Below are positions 57,942-64,000 of a stretch of DNA of 64,000 bases, piece by piece. The translations under genes were made by a program, and so were the position numbers. Within the stretch, counting starts at the first letter, position 1, and each line of letters opens with the position of its first letter. Under the pieces are notes generated by a model. The model was not told the origin of the DNA. It did no database searches and saw only the letters and a program-made list of their open reading frames with translations. Source of the stretch: an uncultured Dehalococcoidia bacterium (GTDB lineage: Bacteria > Chloroflexota > Dehalococcoidia > DSTF01 > JACRBR01); contig CAYWOO010000056.1 in the NCBI GenBank assembly GCA_964458665.1, forward strand, positions 10,821 through 74,820. The letters run 5' to 3'.

Positions 57942-59529
57942 GCATCGCCTCCGCGCGAGCCTGCGCGATCGCGTCGTCGGCCGTCAGCACTCCGCCGCCA
58001 AGCAGCTTGTTCGCCTGCGTGCTGAAGGCGATCGAGCCCGCCAGCACGCTGCGCACCGGCCCGTCGTCGATCACTTCGCCCTCCGCCAGCAGCACGACGC
58101 GATCCGCGCAGCGCCCGGCAAGCTCCACGTCGTGGCTCGCGATGACGATGCTCGCCCCGGCGTCGCGCCGCCGCCGCAGCTCGACAAGTAGCAGCTCTTT
58201 CGTGTGCGCATCCATGCCGCGCGTCGGCTCGTCCAGCAGGATCAGCCGCGGCGATCCCACGAGCATCGCAGCCAGGGCGACGCGCTGCCGCTCGCCGACA
58301 CTGAGGTCGCGCGGATCGCGCTCCGCCAACTCCTCCAGCTCCCACGCGCGCAGCGCTTCTCCGACCGAACCGTCGCGGCGCGTCCCTTGCAGAACGTCAC
58401 CGATCTCGCGCGCCACGGTCCGCTGATACAGCATCGACGCCGGATCCTGCATCACGAACGCGAGGTGACGGTATCGTTCATCCTGCATCTCCGGCCGCGC
58501 GAACACAATCGCGGCAGAGTTCTGTGCGACGAGCCCGGCGAGTGCGCGCAGCAACGTCGTCTTGCCGGCGCCGTTCCGCCCCATGAGCGCGACGATCTCC
58601 CCGGCTCGCAGATCGAGCGTCACGCGCCGCAGCACGTCGCGGCCGCCGAGCTGCACCGAAAGATCGCGCACGCTGGCGATCACGTCTCCCGCCGATTGGG
58701 CAACGACCACCGTCGGACGTTCGTGCCGCGGCCCGGCGAAATTGCGCGCTTCCGCCACCGAAAGCGGCAGCGGCGACCACCCCAGTGCCGCTCCGATCAG
58801 ACTTACCGGCGGCGCCGATGGCGATGCGGCCATCGCGTCGCGCGGCGCTGCGATCGACACACTGCCGTCGCCCGGCATGTGCATCATGCGGTCGGCGTGC
58901 TGCACCAGCCGGTCGAGCCGATGCTCCGACGCTATCACCGTGAGGCCGAGGTCGTCACGCAGCTCCAGCACCTTCGCCAGCACGTCCTGCGCGGCCTGCG
59001 GGTCGAGTTGCGACGTCGGCTCATCGAGCAGCAGGACGCGCGGGTGCATCGCTAGCACCGCCGCCAGTTCCACGCGCTGTTGCTCGCCGCCGGATAGCGA
59101 CGCCGGCGCCCGCGCCCGCAGGTGCGCGATCCCCAGCGCGTCCAGCATCTCCTCCAGCCGCCTGCGCGTCAGCGCGCGATCGCACCCGAGGTTCTCCAGC
59201 CCGAAGACGATCTCGTCTTCGACGGTCTGTGCGACGATCTGCGTCTCCGGCTCTTGAAACACCATCCCGGCCACGCTCGCCATCTCGCGCGGCTGGCGCG
59301 TGCGTGTATCGATGCCAGCGATGCGCACGCAGCCTGAGAATGCGCCGCCGTGAAAGTGCGGCACCAGGCCGTTGAAGCAGCGTAGCAGCGTCGATTTGCC
59401 CCCACCCGACGGCCCCCAGACGACCAGCAGTTCGCCTTCGTCGACATCGAAGCAGACATCGGACAGAACCGGACGTGGCGCGTTCGCGTACTGAAACCCG
59501 AGTTGGCGCGTCTCCACGATTGTGGTCAT
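57937..59529 (-). CDS. Fused double ABC ATPase (EcfA-EcfA' type energy-coupling module)
   Basis: Two Walker A (GPSGGGKST, GRNGAGKTT), two signatures (LSGGEQQR, LSVGERQR) and two Walker B (LLLDEPTS, LILDEPTR). Confidence 0.85.
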   Translation of the reverse strand: MTTIVETRQLGFQYANAPRPVLSDVCFDVDEGELLVVWGPSGGGKSTLLRCFNGLVPHFHGGAFSGCVRIAGIDTRTRQPREMASVAGMVFQEPETQIVAQTVEDEIVFGLENLGCDRALTRRRLEEMLDALGIAHLRARAPASLSGGEQQRVELAAVLAMHPRVLLLDEPTSQLDPQAAQDVLAKVLELRDDLGLTVIASEHRLDRLVQHADRMMHMPGDGSVSIAAPRDAMAASPSAPPVSLIGAALGWSPLPLSVAEARNFAGPRHERPTVVVAQSAGDVIASVRDLSVQLGGRDVLRRVTLDLRAGEIVALMGRNGAGKTTLLRALAGLVAQNSAAIVFARPEMQDERYRHLAFVMQDPASMLYQRTVAREIGDVLQGTRRDGSVGEALRAWELEELAERDPRDLSVGERQRVALAAMLVGSPRLILLDEPTRGMDAHTKELLLVELRRRRDAGASIVIASHDVELAGRCADRVVLLAEGEVIDDGPVRSVLAGSIAFSTQANKLLGGGVLTADDAIAQARAEAMR

Positions 59530-60647
59530 TGCGGACGCCCTCGCTCGTACAACAGAGCTGGAGCCAGCAGCATCAGCGCGGCTCCCGCGCCGGCCGGGCC
59601 GAACGCCGGCGCCGCGACCTCCGGGAACGGCAGGTACGTGATGCCGCCGCGCTCAGTCGCGCGCAGGATCACGAACATCGCTGCGCCGAACAGCGCCGCC
59701 ACGAGCACGCCGCCGTCGCGCGGGGACAACGGGAGTCGCCGCATACGGACGGCGGCGTTCCCGCTCCCCTGTCGCCAGACCGCGAGCAGCGCCGCGCCGC
59801 TTGCGGCGACCGCGATCGTCATCATCAAACCGTGATGCGCCGTGTAGTACGACGCGAATGCTGTCGACGCGGCGATCGCGACGCACGCCACCGTTAACAC
59901 CGAGGCCGTCGCGCTCGATCCGGCCTCGAGGCGGCCGAAGCCGCGTGCGTCGAGTGACTCAGCGCGCTGTACAGATCGTTCCAGCGACTCCGCCAGTAGC
60001 GGGATGAGCAGCGCCGTGTACGATCGCAATCCACCGCGATGCCCGCGCAGCACGCGCGCTTCGCGCAACGCCGCGGCGCGCGCAACCGTCTCCGGTATCA
60101 GCAGCAACGCCACCGTTACGATGATCCCCAGTTGCGCCAGTCCCGGCGGTACGAGCTTGAGCAGCCGGAAGTGGTCGATCGCGCCGTTGAAGGCGCATAC
60201 CATCACGACGATCGCGATGATGCCGACGGCGCGGCTCGCGGCGTACGCCAGGGATTCAGCGGTGATCGTGCCGCCGAAGGTGACGCTTGCAAGCCATCCA
60301 GGAAGCGTCACTTCCGGCAGATCGAAGAGCGGCGTCGCACCGGTGCTCCCTGTCAGCAGATTGAGCGGCAGCATCGACAATGTGAACAGCAGGGAGATCG
60401 GCAGCAACAGATCGAGACTTCGTCGATCGGTGCGGCGCGTTGTCCCGTATACGACGAACGCAACGAGCGCGACCGTCGCGAGGTACAGCGGATTCGACGT
60501 GAGGAACACCATCGTCATGCCCGCTGCCAGCCACCCGGCCCACGCCGCGGGATGTGCGGCGGGCGAGCGCGGGCGCGCCGGCATCGCTCCCGGGACGCGC
60601 CGCGCTCTGCTGGATTCGGCCGCTGCGCTCACACCGTGCCTCGCCAT
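59526..60647 (-). CDS. ECF transporter transmembrane (T) component (CbiQ/EcfT family)
   Basis: C-terminal ...ERSVQRAESLDARGFG (AxxxRG hallmark). Start uncertain; internal MTMVFLTSNPLYL at about 60518 is possible. GTGA overlap with the ATPase. Confidence 0.65.
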   Translation of the reverse strand: MARHGVSAAAESSRARRVPGAMPARPRSPAAHPAAWAGWLAAGMTMVFLTSNPLYLATVALVAFVVYGTTRRTDRRSLDLLLPISLLFTLSMLPLNLLTGSTGATPLFDLPEVTLPGWLASVTFGGTITAESLAYAASRAVGIIAIVVMVCAFNGAIDHFRLLKLVPPGLAQLGIIVTVALLLIPETVARAAALREARVLRGHRGGLRSYTALLIPLLAESLERSVQRAESLDARGFGRLEAGSSATASVLTVACVAIAASTAFASYYTAHHGLMMTIAVAASGAALLAVWRQGSGNAAVRMRRLPLSPRDGGVLVAALFGAAMFVILRATERGGITYLPFPEVAAPAFGPAGAGAALMLLAPALLYERGRPQ

Positions 60648-61960
60648 CTGCGCATGGAAACAGTGCCCGCTCCGAGCAAACCGCCACCCATCAGCAGCAG
60701 AACAATCGCCGATGCGGGCGTGCCGGCGTCGCCATCGGGACCCGCGCCCGCGCTGGGCAGGCGGAACTCACCCGCAACCGCCGCCAGCCGCGTCGGCGCG
60801 GCTGCGGAACTGCCATTCACCACGCCACCGGCCGGCGCAGTCGATGTCGCCGCAGCGACGGGCGTCGCCGTGGCCGGCACACTCGTCGCGGTCCTCGTCT
60901 TCACGTGCGCGGTAGACGTCGACGTGAAGGTCGCGGTCGGCGTCGCCGGGGTCGCCGTAGCCGTCGGCGTGTTCGTGGACGTGCGCGTCGCGGTGCTCGT
61001 CGAAATCGTGCCTTCGGTAGAATACTCCGCTTGCTCCGGGAAGGCTGACAGCATCAGTCCCGCCACACCCTGGTACGTCGCGAACGCGCTGTCCGTGCCG
61101 AAGTACTGTAGCTCGCCCGTCGTCGCGTTTTGGGATGCCTTCAGCGCGACGAGCGGCGTTGCGCCGGCGCCCGCGTCCCACGCGCCGCCCGCGTCGAGAC
61201 TCCCGCCCACTGCCACGATCGCCTGGATGGCATATGCGGTTGAGTTTGGATCGGACGATCCCGGCGCGGAGTACGGTATGCCGCCGTCCGGCTGCTGGCT
61301 CGCCTTGAGGTACGCAACGCCGTTGACGATATGCGTATCGCTCGCAGCAACACCGGCGGCGATCAGCGCGCGGATCGCCAGCGCTGTCGCGTTCGTGTCC
61401 TCGCCATATGCGCAGCAGAACTCCCAACCACCGTCCGCCTTTTGCAGCGAGTTCAGATATGTGATCGCCTCTGTCGGCACGCTTCGCCCTAGCGCAGCGT
61501 CCGCCAGCATGAACAGCGACTGCGCGAACACGTCGGCTCCGTAGGCGCCCGTTGCCGTGGTGTAGTTCGCATCCATGAGCGCTAGCGGGTTCACGCCGCC
61601 GAACGCCGCCGGATCAAGATCCATCGTCGCCAGCCCCACGACGAGCTTCGCCGCGCCTCCCGGCGTCGCCGAGAACGCCGCCGCTTGCGTCGCGAGAAAG
61701 TCCGCGGGCGAATGGCCGTTCTTCTTCACGGTAGCCGGATTCAAACCGAACGCCGCTAACGCGAACGTCGCCTCGAGCGTCATTCCCGGCGACGACGGTG
61801 CGACCGCCGCGGCATCGCGGAAGCCGCCGTCGTCGTTTTGGAGCGTGTAGATGAAGTCGATAGCATGCTGCGCCGCAGCGGTTTCCGGTTGCGCCGCGTA
61901 GAGTTGTGTGCCGCCCAGCGCGAACGCCAGACCCAGGCACGCGAGAGCGATGAGTCGCAT
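60629..61960 (-). CDS. Secreted prenyltransferase/squalene-cyclase-repeat (alpha/alpha toroid) protein with Thr/Pro linker and C-terminal TM anchor
   Basis: Signal peptide MRLIALACLGLAFALGGTQLYAA. Repeats QNDDGGF, QKADGGW, QQPDGGI. C-terminal AIVLLLMGGGLLGAGTVSMRRWRG. Confidence 0.6.
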   Translation of the reverse strand: MRLIALACLGLAFALGGTQLYAAQPETAAAQHAIDFIYTLQNDDGGFRDAAAVAPSSPGMTLEATFALAAFGLNPATVKKNGHSPADFLATQAAAFSATPGGAAKLVVGLATMDLDPAAFGGVNPLALMDANYTTATGAYGADVFAQSLFMLADAALGRSVPTEAITYLNSLQKADGGWEFCCAYGEDTNATALAIRALIAAGVAASDTHIVNGVAYLKASQQPDGGIPYSAPGSSDPNSTAYAIQAIVAVGGSLDAGGAWDAGAGATPLVALKASQNATTGELQYFGTDSAFATYQGVAGLMLSAFPEQAEYSTEGTISTSTATRTSTNTPTATATPATPTATFTSTSTAHVKTRTATSVPATATPVAAATSTAPAGGVVNGSSAAAPTRLAAVAGEFRLPSAGAGPDGDAGTPASAIVLLLMGGGLLGAGTVSMRRWRGTV

Positions 61961-61992
61961 CACGTACAGCCTTTCGATAGTGGTGATCGTCG

Positions 61993-62035
61993 AGTTGAGA
62001 AAAACAGTGACCCCGAACGAATTCGTTCGGGGTCA
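61993..62035 (-). terminator. Rho-independent terminator (perfect palindrome GACCCCGAACGAATTCGTTCGGGGTC followed on the minus strand by CTGTTTTTCT)
   Basis: 11-bp GC-rich stem, 4-nt loop and a downstream U-tract in minus-strand orientation. Lies between the methyltransferase/TlpA genes and the ECF operon start. Confidence 0.5.
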
Positions 62036-62321
62036 GGCGTCAGAAATGCTGAAACATGATCCTGCCCCTTTCACGCGAAGGTTCATGGATTTGCTTGAGG
62101 AAGGTATTCTGGCTCGGCCGCGATGGAACGGCCTCACAGTTGCGCGACAGCGCCGGATTCGCACCGGCTTCCCCTGTCCGACTCAGCCACACGGGCGTGA
62201 GTCGCCTCAAGCGCATCGATATTCGGTTGTCACCCCACGCTACCCCCGCAGCCATCGAACGTCAAGCTGTAGTGACAAGAGCACGGAGCGCTGCGGGGGT
62301 GCGCTGAAGATCCCCCACGGC

Positions 62322-62344
62322 GGAGCGTGGGCGTTCAGCCCGCG
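62322..62344. repeat. Hairpin repeat copy (GGAGCGTGGGCGTTCAGCCCGCG)
   Basis: Same core as the 18175 and 20195 copies. Sits in the 370-nt untranslated stretch downstream of the methyltransferase. Confidence 0.45.
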
Positions 62345-62404
62345 ACATGCCGCATCATGGACCCAACATTGGACGCGAAGCGTGCAGGGCGGTCGTCCCG
62401 GCTG

Positions 62405-63208
62405 TCAGAAGCGTGCCAGTACTTCGCCGTGTGGCACGGAGAAGTACGCATCCGGACGCGCCGCCCACTCCCGCCAGGCGCTCGCGATATCCGTCAGTTC
62501 GGCTCGATCGGTCAGACCGTAGGACAGCGCCTGCTCGCCGAACGCCGACAGCTCGCAACGGTCGGCCCAGAGTGCGCCCCACCAGCGGCAGGATTCTGGC
62601 TCCGCGTACGTCCACGTGGAACTCGATGCTTGAACATCGCTGAAGCCCGCGGCGAGCGCCCAGCCCTTCAAGAAGCGCGCCGCATCCGGCTCGGCGCCGT
62701 TCCGCCGGGCTACGGCGCGATAGAGCTCGAGCCAGCGGTCGAGGCGCGGATCAAGCGGCGCCCAGGAGAAGCATGAGTAGTCGGCGTCGCGCAGCGCCAC
62801 CACGCCGTCCGGCCGCGTCACGCGCCGCATCTCCGTCAGCGCGCGGACAGGATCGGTGAGATGTTGCAACACCTGATGCGCGTGTACCACGTCGAAGGAA
62901 TCGTCGTCGTACGCGAGCGCGTACACGTCACCGGTCTCGAACGTCACGGCCACGTCCTGCTCTGTGGCGTACTTCGCGGCCTGCGCGACGACTTCGTCCG
63001 AACGATCGATGCCGACCACGCGGCCGGGCGCGACCCGTCGCGCGAGATCGACCGTAATCGTGCCGGGGCCGCAACCCACATCCAGTACCTCCAGCCCGGT
63101 CCATAGCGACGGAATGAGGTACGCGGCGGAGTTCTCGATCGTGCGTGAGCGATGGCTGCGCAAGACCGAGTCGTGGTGTCCGTGTGTGTAGACGTCGCGC
63201 TCGCCCAT
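62405..63208 (-). CDS. Class I SAM-dependent methyltransferase
   Basis: AGGGAG RBS before MGERDVY. VLDVGCGPGTITVDLA motif I. Confidence 0.8.
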   Translation of the reverse strand: MGERDVYTHGHHDSVLRSHRSRTIENSAAYLIPSLWTGLEVLDVGCGPGTITVDLARRVAPGRVVGIDRSDEVVAQAAKYATEQDVAVTFETGDVYALAYDDDSFDVVHAHQVLQHLTDPVRALTEMRRVTRPDGVVALRDADYSCFSWAPLDPRLDRWLELYRAVARRNGAEPDAARFLKGWALAAGFSDVQASSSTWTYAEPESCRWWGALWADRCELSAFGEQALSYGLTDRAELTDIASAWREWAARPDAYFSVPHGEVLARF

Positions 63209-63306
63209 GCCCTGCTCCCTATCGTCATTGTCCGCCGCCGCGCAGTCACGTAGACGAGCGCGCATAGGGCGTGAGTTTCGACAGCACAACTTCGCTCCCT
63301 GTTCAG

Positions 63307-63918
63307 TTAGTCCGTTCGTTGCGGCGACTTCGTCTCCGCGAACCGCTGCTGCATTGCCTCATATGTCAGGCCGCCGTGAACGACGACGCGTACGTAGCCG
63401 TCCTTGTCAATGAAGAAGCTGTGCGGGAGGCCCGCCGGCAGGTTGTAGGCATCGCTCACGGACTCGTCGCGGTCGAGCGCAAAGGCGAGGGCCGTGAGCC
63501 CGCGTGCGTCCGACCATGCCTGCGCCGTACCGCTGCCTTCTGCCTGATTCACAGCCAGTACGACCAAGTCGTCAGGATGTTCGGAGGCCAATCGCTGCAT
63601 GTCGGGCATTTCTTCTGCACAAGTCGTGCACCAGGTTGCCCAGAAGTTCAACAGCACCGTCTTGCCACGGTAGTCGGCGAGCCGTATCGCCCGACCATCG
63701 TAACCCGCGAGGACGAAGTCGGGTGCGATGGAGCCTTCACGCGGTGCAGCGGCGGGTGTGTCGACCGGGCCGGTCTCAACACGCGTGCCATCGGCTTCGA
63801 GCGCAGTTGGCGGGTCGCCCTTCTGCAGGTAGACATATCCCAGCACGCCGACGATCACAAAGACTGCCGCTACTCCGACGGCGGTTCGAAGCCACCGCAT
63901 GGTTTCGAGTTTCTGCAT
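63307..63918 (-). CDS. TlpA-family thiol-disulfide oxidoreductase (membrane-anchored thioredoxin-like)
   Basis: N-terminal TM. WATWCTTC CxxC motif. Start taken at MQKLETM because it sits 1 nt after the upstream stop; alternative start at 63927. Confidence 0.75.
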   Translation of the reverse strand: MQKLETMRWLRTAVGVAAVFVIVGVLGYVYLQKGDPPTALEADGTRVETGPVDTPAAAPREGSIAPDFVLAGYDGRAIRLADYRGKTVLLNFWATWCTTCAEEMPDMQRLASEHPDDLVVLAVNQAEGSGTAQAWSDARGLTALAFALDRDESVSDAYNLPAGLPHSFFIDKDGYVRVVVHGGLTYEAMQQRFAETKSPQRTD

Positions 63919-63919
63919 G

Positions 63920-64000
63920 TCAACCATCCGATGTCATGGGGAGTAGGATCGTGAACACAGACCCGGTGCCCGGCCGGGATCGCACCTGCACCTGGCCGCC
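63920..64000 (-). CDS. C-terminal end of a probable sensor histidine kinase; the 5' end runs off the window
   Basis: ...GGQVQVRSRPGTGSVFTILLPMTSDG* resembles an HATPase_c C-terminus. Only 27 codons visible. Confidence 0.3.
   Translation of the reverse strand, partial: GGQVQVRSRPGTGSVFTILLPMTSDG

Noticed and set aside
60629-60647. 19-nt overlap between the toroid-protein stop and the annotated EcfT start
   Set aside because: This overlap is probably an artefact of choosing the first in-frame ATG for EcfT. An internal start (about 60518-60584) is equally plausible, so the overlap is not interpreted biologically.
61908-62522. 204-aa + strand ORF spanning the terminator palindrome region
   Set aside because: Runs through a strong hairpin/terminator and into the methyltransferase gene antisense. 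Composition is non-protein-like.

Overview
This is a very GC-rich (about 70%) bacterial chromosomal segment. It carries about 70 densely packed genes, and many neighbouring genes are translationally coupled through ATGA, GTGA or TAATG stop/start overlaps. I cannot assign a taxon from sequence alone; the repertoire suggests an F420-using, possibly Gram-positive-type organism. Three luciferase-like (LLM) oxidoreductases and a PPOX-class protein suggest an F420-using organism; Tat signal peptides and surface proteins with C-terminal membrane anchors suggest a Gram-positive-type envelope, but I cannot assign a taxon. Recognisable content includes an acyl-CoA dehydrogenase, an amidase, purU, dut, tldD, rpsU, tRNA-Arg and tRNA-His, and an ECF sigma/anti-sigma pair. 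A complete riboflavin operon (ribD-ribE-ribBA-ribH) is fused downstream of a polysaccharide flippase and a GT4 glycosyltransferase, and is interrupted by a PEP-utilizing swivel-domain protein. An L-fucose/fucoidan island carries a sulfatase, a GH29 fucosidase and the non-phosphorylative L-fuconate pathway. The most unusual locus is a five-gene operon at 56.0-62.0 kb. It encodes an ECF-type importer (T component, fused double ATPase, S component) interleaved with two secreted, C-terminally anchored proteins. One has a prenyltransferase/squalene-cyclase-like alpha/alpha toroid and the other a Cys-rich domain I think resembles DUF4430, the transcobalamin beta-domain; together they look like a split transcobalamin-like surface receptor for a corrinoid or other cofactor. 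Other noteworthy items are listed here. An XRE-hypothetical-GNAT three-gene module at 18.3-20.2 kb. A four-helix-bundle gene cassette flanked by inverted repeats. A dispersed roughly 22-nt hairpin repeat in several intergenic regions. Two frameshifted remnants, one VOC-family and one NUDIX-like. A class-A beta-lactamase-like protein whose catalytic Ser/Lys appear replaced. A polypurine tract. All calls rest on reading the translations and motifs by eye; no database searches were run.
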